From an uncultured Bacteroidales bacterium (GTDB taxonomy: Bacteria > Bacteroidota > Bacteroidia > Bacteroidales > GCA-2748055), in NCBI GenBank assembly GCA_963710385.1, contig CAVQAB010000035.1, forward strand, positions 8,238 through 72,237: a DNA stretch of 64,000 bases. The letters are read 5' to 3'. Shown here piece after piece: positions 41,932 through 50,554 of this stretch (its first letter is position 1; every line of letters starts with the position of its first letter). The notes under the pieces are model-generated. The model was not told the origin of the DNA, did no database searches, and was given only the letters and a program-made list of their open reading frames with translations. Made by a program: the position numbers and the translations under genes.

Positions 41932-42951
41932 CTACTCTTCCTGTCCCTTAAGGGTAGCTTTTATCTTAGCTTCAATCTCTTCTGAAAGCTCCGGATTATC
42001 TTTAAGAAGGTTTTTTACCGCATCCCTCCCTTGTCCGAGCCTGGTCTCTCCGTAACTGAACCAGGATCCACTCTTTTTCAGGATGGCCAGGTCCACGCCC
42101 ATATCGATCAATTCACCTGTTTTGGATATACCCTCTCCATAAATGATGTCAAACTCTGCTTTCCGAAATGGCGGAGCCAGTTTATTTTTGACCACTTTCA
42201 CACGGGTACGGTTTCCCTGAATATCATCGCCTTCTTTCAGCTGCCCTATGCGCCTGATGTCGATGCGGACCGATGCATAAAATTTAAGAGCATTCCCACC
42301 GGTGGTGGTTTCCGGATTTCCGAACATTACCCCGATCTTCTCTCGAAGCTGGTTGATGAAGAAACAAGTGGTATTGGTCCGGTTAATGTTGGCAGCCAGT
42401 TTACGCAGTGCCTGAGACATGAGTCTGGCCTGCAATCCCATTTTTGATTCGCCCATTTCACCTTCGATTTCGGCTTTGGGTGTTAAAGCCGCCACCGAGT
42501 CGATGACGATGATGTCAATGGCCCCTGACCGGATCAGATGATCGGCAATTTCCAGTGCCTGTTCACCGTTATCAGGTTGAGAGATATAAAGGTTCTCGAT
42601 ATCTACTCCCAGTTTTTTTGCATAAAAACGATCGAATGCATGTTCTGCATCGATGAATGCCGCTATACCTCCAGCTTTCTGTGCTTCGGCAATGGCGTGG
42701 ATCGCCAGGGTTGTTTTCCCGGAGGATTCGGGTCCATAGATCTCTATGACCCTTCCTCTCGGATAGCCTCCTACTCCCAGGGCCAGGTCTACTCCGATGG
42801 AGCCCGAGGGGATCACCGCAACATCTTCTATGGCATTGTCGCCCAATTTCATAATGGTACCTTTGCCATATCCCTTTTCTATCTTGTCCAGTGTAAGCTG
42901 GAGTGCTTTCAGTTTTTCCTGTTTGTTTCGCTGTGCGTTTCCGTTACTCAT
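41932..42951 (-). CDS. recA: Recombinase RecA
   Basis: Intact 339 aa with the [11 protein letters not shown]alker A motif, and IDSVAAL and [26 protein letters not shown]. Confidence 0.96.
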   Translation of the reverse strand: MSNGNAQRNKQEKLKALQLTLDKIEKGYGKGTIMKLGDNAIEDVAVIPSGSIGVDLALGVGGYPRGRVIEIYGPESSGKTTLAIHAIAEAQKAGGIAAFIDAEHAFDRFYAKKLGVDIENLYISQPDNGEQALEIADHLIRSGAIDIIVIDSVAALTPKAEIEGEMGESKMGLQARLMSQALRKLAANINRTNTTCFFINQLREKIGVMFGNPETTTGGNALKFYASVRIDIRRIGQLKEGDDIQGNRTRVKVVKNKLAPPFRKAEFDIIYGEGISKTGELIDMGVDLAILKKSGSWFSYGETRLGQGRDAVKNLLKDNPELSEEIEAKIKATLKGQEE

Positions 42952-42965
42952 AATGATTTTAAAGG

Positions 42966-43431
42966 TTAATGTGATAATTCCTCAAATATCTGCTTGCTGT
43001 GTTCCTTGGTATCTACCTTCTCAATAATCTTTTCAACATATCCATTCTCATTGATGAGGAATGTTTTTCTTAGAATTCCCATGTAGGATTTACCATACAT
43101 TTTCTTCTCTCCCCAAGCTCCATAATCCTGAAGAACTTTCTTTTCAACATCAGCAATTAGTCTGAAAGGGAGGTTATATTTAGCTATGAATTTCTGATGT
43201 GATTTCTCACTATCGGCGCTTACTCCGATAATCTCAAATCCCTGCTTCAAGGAACCGTGAATAGTTGTCCCTCAGATCACATGACTCGGCAGTGCAACCC
43301 GGAGTGTTGTCTTTCGGATAAAAATAGAGTACGACTTTCTTTCCTCTGTATTCTTCAAGTGTGATTTTCTCTCCATTCTGGTCCACTGCCTCAATGGCAG
43401 GAGCCAGGTCGCCTTCTTTCAATTTTGACAT
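42966..43431 (-). pseudogene. bcp: Peroxiredoxin Bcp (thiol peroxidase); one frame break
   Basis: MSKLKEGDLAPAIEA...VVLYFYPKDNTPGCTAE (from 43431) joins FEIIGVSADS...FLINENGYVEKI (42966..43250). The break falls at a CCC/GGG run at 43240-43242. Confidence 0.85.
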
Positions 43432-43566
43432 ATTGAAATCAAAGTTTAAATGTACGAAGATTGCCTTAAACAACAGGTCTGACAGGCCAATGTTTATTAA
43501 CAATTATGGCAATCAGGGTACCGTTATATAATTACTATTTTTGATTAAACAGATTCGTACGGTATT

Positions 43567-45588
43567 ATGTTTACAAAAGCAATGAGATTCCTTTATAGTG
43601 CAACCGGATTGCTTTTATATTATCCGGTTTTACCCTTTCGGGTCAGGATGGCATAATGGACCCTCAGAAGGTCCGCCAGCAATCATTCGCAAGTTTTGAA
43701 GCGAAGGATTTCAGAGCAGCAATCGCAGGATACAGGAGACTGATGGAAAGCGAACCCGAAAACGCCATGCACAGTTATTATGCGGGCAGGTGCCTGGTAG
43801 AGTTGAATGAGAAATTAGAGGAGGCCATTGAGCTGTTGTATGGTGCCTCCAACCGCGGGGTACCTAAGAGTGTCAATTACTACCTGGGATTGGCTTATCA
43901 AAGGGGTTATAATTTCACGGATGCACTGAAATACTTTGGAAGGTTCGAACTTGAAGCTTCCCGTCAGGAACTGAAGGAGTTTAACATTAACCACCTGATG
44001 GCTACTTGTCGCAGTGCCAAGGAGATCACCGGTACGTACAATCCTTTTGAGGTGATGAATGTAACTTTCATTGACCTGTTTGATTCTTTACAGTATTCAC
44101 AGATAAAGATGAAAGGAGGACATCTGCAACGAAAACCAGCCGTTTACTTCAGGGAAAATGAAGAATCGAATGGGCTTACCAGTTTGATGTTTATGCGACC
44201 CATTACAGTGCGGGGTGATTATATTTATTATTCTGGGTACAACAGGAGCGGTAAGGAAGGTGCACAACTTTTCAGGGTAAAAAAAGGAAGTGGACGCTCC
44301 TGGAACGACCCTGAAGAAATCAAAGTCCTAAACACGGAAGGAGATGATGTAATGCCCTATTTTGATCCCATTGAAAATGACCTTTATTATGCCTCCGATG
44401 GCCACATGGGTATTGGTGGATTCGACCTCTACAAATCTCATTATGACAGCGAACGTGATCAGTGGTCGGAACCCATGAACCTGGGTTTTCCAGTCAATTC
44501 TGTCATGGATGAGTACCTTTTGTTGCCAGGTTCTGACTTGGGAATGGTCATGTTCTTTTCCACGCGGCAGGGTACTGACAGTACCATCACGGTGTACAGG
44601 ATTCATCTGATTGAACCCAAGAAAAATACCGTGTCAAATGATTATTTGATGCTCAGGGAGATTGCCAATCTCGGTGGGGTAGCCGATGATATACTGGCAG
44701 AGCTGGAAGGCCTGAAAAGTGAGGAGAATCAGTTGTCTCAACTGAGCAGGTTCTCCTGAAACAATCCAGCAGACCCTACAACCAGACCAGAGATTACTCA
44801 AGTAACAATTTTATCTGATTCCGATATAGAACCTGCCAATCAGCTTACTTTATCTGAAGCTCTGGGGCACCAGGTTGTATCAGATTCATTAAAAGATCTT
44901 GCTGTAGCAGCCAGGGTGAAGGTGAGGGAGTCGGATGATCCCAATGACCGTTGGGTATGGCAAAAGCAGATCATGCTCTGGGAGAAAAAGGCCCATGATG
45001 AGCAAGAGTTGGCTAATGCACTTTACATTCAGCTGGAAAAGGAGAGAGCTGATGAAGCGCTGAATGCATCTGTAAATGTTCCCGAAACTATCCAGGTAGA
45101 TACCATCATCAATGATCTCAAAGTATACTCCTACACAACTCCTGAACCAGGAATCGAAGGTGAACCGGGAACTCCACCCGAGAAAACCTACGCCGGGTCC
45201 GAGAAACCCTATACTCAGCCTGAGAAACTTTCTACTTCCGCAGAGCCCGGTCTCAACCGATTCGATGTCCTTAATCAATACGCCCTACAGTGCAAATAAT
45301 CCCATTCCAATGGATGTCTCTTTGCCACGGGGGGCCTTTTACAGGATCCAGCTGGGAGCCTTTAGCTCAGAAGTTGAACCCGGTGCTTTCAGAGGAATTA
45401 GTCCGGTTACAGGAGAAAGAATCAAGGAGAGGGGTTTGATCAAGTATTATGCTGGAAAATTTTCTGGTTACGAGGCCGCTTCAACGGCATTATCAATATT
45501 GCGTTCTGAGGGATATGAAGATGCATTTATTGTAGCCTGGTACAACGGCAACCCAGTTTCCACCCAGAAAGCAAAACAGCTCGAATAA
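43567..45588 (+). pseudogene. TPR / PD40-repeat protein with C-terminal SPOR domain; frame-broken
   Basis: The signal peptide starts at 43567 (MFTKAMRFLYSATGLLL). The TPR-like and WD40-like beta-propeller part lies in 43656..44759. A linker lies in 44916..45299. The SPOR tail lies in 45112..45588 (FYRIQLGAFSS...YYAGKFSGYEAASTALSILRSEGYEDAFIVAWYNG). There are at least 3 breaks. Confidence 0.65.
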
Positions 45589-45612
45589 GGCTCAATTAAA
45601 GAATAAATTTTT

Positions 45613-45620
45613 TATATTTG
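45613..45620 (+). promoter_or_regulatory. Bacteroidetes -7 box (TATATTTG = TAnnTTTG) for the clpS-nfeD-floA operon
   Basis: The consensus matches exactly, 24 bp upstream of the clpS ATG. A perfect 12-bp palindrome GGTGATATCACC (45627-45638) lies between the box and the ATG. Confidence 0.45.
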
Positions 45621-45643
45621 ACCGGTGGTGATATCACCGTATT

Positions 45644-45928
45644 ATGGACAGCAATTTTACCAGCCGGCCCCAGAAGATTGGATCTGAAGATACCAATGCC
45701 AAACAACATGCCACATTGGTTCTTCATAATGATGATATCAATACCTTTGACTATGTAATGGAGACACTGGTTGAAGTGTGTGATCACTCCCTGACACAGG
45801 CTGAACAGTGTGCCACCATTACTCACTTCAAGGGAAAGTGTGAAGTCAGGTCAGGTGCTTTTACCGAAATGAAGGAGCTTCGGTATCAGCTTATTTCCCG
45901 TGGTCTGAAAGCTTCGGTTGACAATTGA
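45644..45928 (+). CDS. clpS: ATP-dependent Clp protease adaptor ClpS
   Basis: 94 aa reading LVLHNDDINTFDYVMETLVEVCDHSLTQAEQCATITHFKGKCEV. Confidence 0.9.
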   Translation: MDSNFTSRPQKIGSEDTNAKQHATLVLHNDDINTFDYVMETLVEVCDHSLTQAEQCATITHFKGKCEVRSGAFTEMKELRYQLISRGLKASVDN

Positions 45929-46406
45929 TCCGCTTATGGGAATTATTATCATTTTGATTGTTCTGGGAATCCTGCTGTTTGTGATTGAATTCCTTTTGGT
46001 GCCTGGAGTTACCATCGCAGGTATCGGAGGACTCATACTCACCGTATTCGGTGTATCTAAAGCATTTCAGGATTTTGGTTCCAACGTTGGGGTTTGGGTT
46101 TTAATCGGGACCATCATCCTCAGTGTATTTGTCATTGCCATGTCACTTCGCGCCAGGACATGGAACCGGCTGATGCTTAAAACCAATCTTAAGGGTACGG
46201 TGGATACTGATCTTACTGAAGATCAGGTTAAACCTGGAGACAAGGGAACAACACTGACCCGATTGGCTCCCATGGGTAAAATACTCATCAATGATCTGGT
46301 TAGGGAAGCCAAGTCCACCGAGGGGTATATTGATGAACATACCGATATTGAGATCGTTTCCATCGAGGGAACAAGAATCAGCGTAAAACCATTAAAAAAT
46401 ATATAA
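45918..46406 (+). CDS. NfeD-family membrane protein (second copy)
   Basis: 162 aa with 3 TM helices and a C-terminal beta domain. It overlaps the clpS stop and lies 2 bp upstream of floA. Confidence 0.75.
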   Translation: MTIDPLMGIIIILIVLGILLFVIEFLLVPGVTIAGIGGLILTVFGVSKAFQDFGSNVGVWVLIGTIILSVFVIAMSLRARTWNRLMLKTNLKGTVDTDLTEDQVKPGDKGTTLTRLAPMGKILINDLVREAKSTEGYIDEHTDIEIVSIEGTRISVKPLKNI

Positions 46407-46408
46407 CT

Positions 46409-47416
46409 ATGGAATTTGATTATTCGTGGATCATTATTGTTGTGGCCAGTATTATTGGCCTTTGGATCATTCTTTATTTCATCCCCATTGGATTGTGGTT
46501 TACTGCCCTGCTATCGGGTGTGAGAATCTCCCTTTTGCAGCTTATCCTCATGCGTTGGAGAAAAGTTCCTCCTACAATTATCGTCAGGTCATTGATAGAA
46601 GCAACAAAAGCCGGCCTCCCAGATATTAAACGTGATGAATTAGAAGCCCACTATCTGGCAGGCGGGCATGTGGAACAGGTGATTCATGCACTGGTTTCAG
46701 CCAGCAAAGCCAACATTGAACTGTCGTTCAAGATGGCCACTGCCATTGACCTGGCCGGCCGGGAAGTGCTTGAAGCCGTACAGATGTCGGTTAATCCCAA
46801 GGTAATCAATACACCTCCCGTTACCGCTGTGGCCAAAGATGGAATCCAGCTTATTGCCAAGGCAAGGGTTACGGTCAGGGCGAACATCAAACAACTTGTG
46901 GGAGGCGCAGGTGAGGAGACGGTGCTGGCCCGTGTCGGTGAAGGTATTGTATCATCAATTGGTTCTTCCAAATCACACAAGGAGGTTCTGGAGAATCCAG
47001 ATTCTATCTCAAGAATCGTCCTTGAAAAAGGGCTTGATGCCGGAACGGCATTTGAAATTCTATCTATTGATGTAGCCGATATCGATATCGGTAAAAATAT
47101 CGGGGCAGTGCTTCAAATGGATCAGGCCAATGCTGATAAGAACATTGCTCAGGCGAAAGCTGAAGAGCGAAGGGCGATGGCTGTAGCCACAGAGCAGGAG
47201 ATGAAAGCCAAGGCACAGGAAGCCCGTGCAAAGGTGATTGAGGCTGAGGTGGAGATCCCACTTGCCATGGCAGAAGCATTCAGGTCTGGAAACCTGGGAA
47301 TCATGGATTACTATCGACTCAAAAACATTGAAGCGGATACAACCATGAGGGATTCAATATCAAAGGGAACACAGCGCCCTCCCGAAAAAATAGGATCTGA
47401 TGATAAGGATAAGTAG
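46409..47416 (+). CDS. floA: Flotillin-like protein FloA (UPF0365/YqfA family, SPFH superfamily)
   Basis: 335 aa reading [16 protein letters not shown]...IEATKAGL...LEAHYLAGG, with an EA-rich C-terminus. Confidence 0.85.
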   Translation: MEFDYSWIIIVVASIIGLWIILYFIPIGLWFTALLSGVRISLLQLILMRWRKVPPTIIVRSLIEATKAGLPDIKRDELEAHYLAGGHVEQVIHALVSASKANIELSFKMATAIDLAGREVLEAVQMSVNPKVINTPPVTAVAKDGIQLIAKARVTVRANIKQLVGGAGEETVLARVGEGIVSSIGSSKSHKEVLENPDSISRIVLEKGLDAGTAFEILSIDVADIDIGKNIGAVLQMDQANADKNIAQAKAEERRAMAVATEQEMKAKAQEARAKVIEAEVEIPLAMAEAFRSGNLGIMDYYRLKNIEADTTMRDSISKGTQRPPEKIGSDDKDK

Positions 47417-47424
47417 ATCTGCTG

Positions 47425-48087
47425 CTAATTCTTCTTATAATATCCGCCTGCGGGAAATCCTCCTTTAACACCTCGTGAAGCAGCACCTTCTTCATCCGAT
47501 TCATCGGGTGACAACCATTGCTGCAGATCAGCAATGGAGTTCTCACTAACCGGGGGTTTGTCAGTAATTAAGAATCCTCCCGTGAGATAGGCAAACGGGT
47601 ATTGATCCTTAAAGGCAAAGAGATGACTTTCTGTGTGCGCGACCAATACAGATCCTTCCATTCTTGTTATTTTCAGCTGTATTGAGTTGTCAATCCATAA
47701 AGGCTCTACTTTATAGGTCACCATAAAATCATCACCTTCCTTTATCCAGGTGGTATTTTCGTTGGGAAGGAATTCCATTCGTATCACCACCGTATTAGCA
47801 ATCTTACCATCCTTCAGGATGTAACTGGATATTTCATTGATTGGAAAACCAAACCATCCATTTTCGTCGGTCTTGCTAAGTGAGTTAAACTCAAAAAGTA
47901 CCTCCTGTCCCGATTCAGGCCTCAGTTGTACTGAAAGGTCGAACTGCTCATTGCTTATGCTTTTCCCCTGAATATCGGTGAGTACTCCCTGGAAATTCAA
48001 ATCATAGGTGGTTTGCCCCATTACAGTTCCCAATGCAACAACGATTGCTGCAATCATTATGAATAACTTCTTCGTATTTAGGTTCAT
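47425..48087 (-). CDS. Hypothetical secreted protein
   Basis: 220-aa ORF with a signal peptide (MNLNTKKLFIMIAAIVVALGTVMG). No family was recognised. Confidence 0.5.
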   Translation of the reverse strand: MNLNTKKLFIMIAAIVVALGTVMGQTTYDLNFQGVLTDIQGKSISNEQFDLSVQLRPESGQEVLFEFNSLSKTDENGWFGFPINEISSYILKDGKIANTVVIRMEFLPNENTTWIKEGDDFMVTYKVEPLWIDNSIQLKITRMEGSVLVAHTESHLFAFKDQYPFAYLTGGFLITDKPPVSENSIADLQQWLSPDESDEEGAASRGVKGGFPAGGYYKKN

Positions 48088-48176
48088 GACAGATTGAGTT
48101 TATTATGTAAACTTACAAAATTCCTGAAAACGGATGAAATTTGATGATGATCTAAGAAATAAAATGAGATTTTTGG

Positions 48177-48219
48177 TTATTAACAATTTGTTAATAATCG
48201 TTGTGAATTATTTGTGAAT
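48177..48219. promoter_or_regulatory. Candidate operator region: a 21-bp perfect palindrome plus an 8-bp direct repeat
   Basis: The palindrome TTATTAACAA-T-TTGTTAATAA spans 48177-48197. TTGTGAAT occurs at 48201-48208 and again at 48212-48219 (11-bp phase). The region sits between the divergent hypothetical gene and the ncRNA promoter. Confidence 0.4.
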
Positions 48220-48238
48220 AGAGATGATGTAAAACATG

Positions 48239-48269
48239 TTGACTTGCATACGTCGATGGTCTATTTTTG
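48239..48269 (+). promoter_or_regulatory. Bacteroidetes-type promoter (TTG ... 20 nt ... TATTTTTG) for the candidate ncRNA
   Basis: TTGAC lies at 48239-48243 and TAnnTTTG is matched by TATTTTTG at 48262-48269. The predicted TSS is near 48275-48277. Confidence 0.5.
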
Positions 48270-48275
48270 GATATA

Positions 48276-48800
48276 CCGAGTAAGAGATAACAGGCCGCTC
48301 GAAGTTTCGCCCGGTGTAGTGAGCCAGTCCGAAAGGAACCTGGTTAGCCAACCGGCCGGAGAAAGGGATTCCCCCTCCGCCGGAGATTCATCCAGAGCCA
48401 GGCATAAATCTGGAAGCAGAGTTTCCAGGTTTATTTGACCGCAGATCCCTTATTGGTTGATCTTTAAAAGGTTGATCCGAAAGGCTGAAGAGCCAAAAAG
48501 AATCCTTACGGGTTCCGCTAAGCTTTTTCACTCTGGCATCGGGCAGATCGTAAGACCTGGCTGATGCAGGGGCCTTTAGGAGCCGGTCCCGGAAATCCAG
48601 CTCTAGAAGTTGGGTGAAAGGACGGTTGCAGGTCAATGTTCTATGGAACATGGGCTGAGAACCTGGGTTCAACGTTTCAATATCCTTCGGGGTATGGAAT
48701 GTGGACCGGCCATAATAACTGTAGCTCGGCGCTGATTGGTGGCTATGGGTACCTTTCAGTGAAATGGGAGTAAACCGAAAAGTTTACTCCCATTTTGTTT
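48276..48800 (+). ncRNA. Candidate large structured ncRNA (~520 nt), family not recognised
   Basis: About 51% GC against ~30% GC flanks, with stops in all plus frames. Multiple stable hairpins include GAAA (48331-34) and UUCG (48686-89) tetraloops. There is an 8-bp long-range helix 48582-89/48703-10 and a possible end-closing helix 48276-80/48725-29. G-U pairs are only consistent with the plus strand. The terminal 12-bp hairpin is followed by a U-tract. Confidence 0.55.
48764..48800 (+). terminator. Intrinsic terminator of the candidate ncRNA
   Basis: AUGGGAGUAAAC-CGAAAA-GUUUACUCCCAU (12-bp stem) is followed by UUUGUUU. Confidence 0.75.
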
Positions 48801-48822
48801 CTCAGATTTGCCAGAAAGTCAA

Positions 48823-50181
48823 TTATTTCTTCGCCGGCCAAATGGCATTGACTACGAATCCAATCAGTAATCCTGCGATACAACTGCTCCATGCATAAAT
48901 AACGAGCAGGAACTCGGTTATATCTTTCACTAAAACAAAGGTGAGGATCACACCAAGAAAACAGGCAAGGACAGATAAGTTTACACTGTGCCGGTTGATC
49001 TTTGGATAGATCCAGATGGCCAGGGTCACAAATCCCAACGACATGGTCATTGCTACGAAGAAAAATGTTGTATCCACAATGTCCCTCATGACCAGGGACA
49101 TGCCAATTCCCAAAACCATCAGGACAACCATACTGTACCGCATGGTTTTTCTCAGGTTCTCAGATTTGGTGAGTCCGGTTTTCTCTAAAAAATCCTGAGT
49201 CACAGAAGATGCCGTGGTAAACATATAGGTATCGGCTGAGGATGAAACCGACGAGTAGATGATCACTACTGAAAGTCCTGCCAATCCAACAGGTAATAAC
49301 CTGCTGAACCCAACAATCAGTGAAGTGTCAGCCTCTATGTCAGGTATATCAGCACGTATAACCAGTCCGATCATCAGCAGAATAAAGCCAATGATGATAT
49401 AAAAGAGAGAGGATAGAAAGAGACTGCGTTTGAAGTGTGCTTTATTTTCGATGGCGTAGACCCTTTGCCATAGTTCCGGTGAAGCCATGGGAATAAAAAA
49501 TCCGGCCAGGAAAAAACTGCCAATGGTCATGACCGGTGTCTTGAACAGATCCATAAATACAAGTTCAGGCTTTGTATCGGAATCGATCAGCAGGTATACC
49601 ATCAAAACAAACAGCAGAAAGATCCCAACAGTTTGAATAACATCAGTTTTCACAACAGCATCGAAACCACCCGCCAACAGGTACAAAAGAATGATCACGC
49701 CCACAATGATCACAGAAAAATTGTAACTGATAGGAGTGTATTCAGAGATGAGTTTCCCCCCGGCAGTAAAGTTGAGGACTACCCATCCAAACATGATGGT
49801 GATGGTGACCAGGGTAGCCAGGTATCCGGCTGTCTTACCTTTTAGAAAGAAGAAGAAGTCGGGCAGTGTATAAAACTTTTGCTCATCGGCCATTTTTTTC
49901 ACCTTAAGTCCAAAGAAGTAAAATACAAACAGGCCAACCACCGAACCAATAAAATACCACAGGGCTCCCATTCCGTAAACATAAACCAGTGCGGTATAGG
50001 TCAGTAATATGGCTGCTCCGATTCTGCTGGAGAAGATTGTGGTTGTGGCCTGAAGCGATTTAAGCTTTCTACCGGAGATCAGGAACTCCTCTTTATCCTG
50101 TTTTCTCCCGGTCAGTCCACCCACAACAAGAATTATCACAAAATAGCCTGAGATAATCAGGTAGTCAGTCAAGGTTAGCAT
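48823..50181 (-). CDS. Sodium:solute symporter (SSS) family transporter
   Basis: 452 aa with about 12-13 TM helices and an SSS-like N-terminus (MLTLTDYLIISGYFVIILVVGGLTGRK...FLISGRKL). Confidence 0.8.
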   Translation of the reverse strand: MLTLTDYLIISGYFVIILVVGGLTGRKQDKEEFLISGRKLKSLQATTTIFSSRIGAAILLTYTALVYVYGMGALWYFIGSVVGLFVFYFFGLKVKKMADEQKFYTLPDFFFFLKGKTAGYLATLVTITIMFGWVVLNFTAGGKLISEYTPISYNFSVIIVGVIILLYLLAGGFDAVVKTDVIQTVGIFLLFVLMVYLLIDSDTKPELVFMDLFKTPVMTIGSFFLAGFFIPMASPELWQRVYAIENKAHFKRSLFLSSLFYIIIGFILLMIGLVIRADIPDIEADTSLIVGFSRLLPVGLAGLSVVIIYSSVSSSADTYMFTTASSVTQDFLEKTGLTKSENLRKTMRYSMVVLMVLGIGMSLVMRDIVDTTFFFVAMTMSLGFVTLAIWIYPKINRHSVNLSVLACFLGVILTFVLVKDITEFLLVIYAWSSCIAGLLIGFVVNAIWPAKK

Positions 50182-50554
50182 GGTGGTTAGTTTAGTATTG
50201 AGTTATGTAAATATATTAAAATCTGAATTATATGGAAATCAGTCGTGAAATTGTGAATGATTGCACTGATGATGGAGTTTGTTGAATTGACCCCCCTTAT
50301 GAGGTTATTTACCCGTAGATGTGATCAGATTTTCTTGATCGGAGCCAGATTCGTCAGTCAATAACGCTCAATTCACCTATGAGTAACCGCATAATGCCGG
50401 TCAACGGATAATATCAGACCTGAACAAACAGAATAACCCCGATAACACGCTATTGCTTGATATAATTGGATAAACAGAGCACTTTCTGTTTTCTTCAGTT
50501 CAAATTTTGTCAAACGGTAGAAAAAAAATTAATCATTCATCTAAATCTGATTCT

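Noticed and set aside
48214-48760. Protein-coding reading of the ncRNA locus (ORF 48214..48438 +, ORF 48388..48672 -, and a ~125-codon stop-free minus frame)
   Set aside because: The translations are S/P/R/G-rich and K/E/I-poor, unlike every real protein in this window. The plus ORF starts upstream of the predicted promoter, and I recognised no family. This is kept only as the stated alternative that a frameshift-tolerant blastx could revive.
48276-48800. Identification of the RNA as RNase P RNA, tmRNA, SRP or 6S RNA
   Set aside because: There is weak local resemblance (GGGUGAAAGGACGG; GAGAACCUGGGUUCA; AAUAACUGUAGCUCGGCGCUG). However, the universally conserved GGAAAGUCC / ACAGAAnCCGGCUUA P4 strands are absent. 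The tmRNA GGGG...CCACCA termini and a tag ORF in the right place are absent too. The length does not fit 6S or SRP. This needs a covariance-model search to be final.
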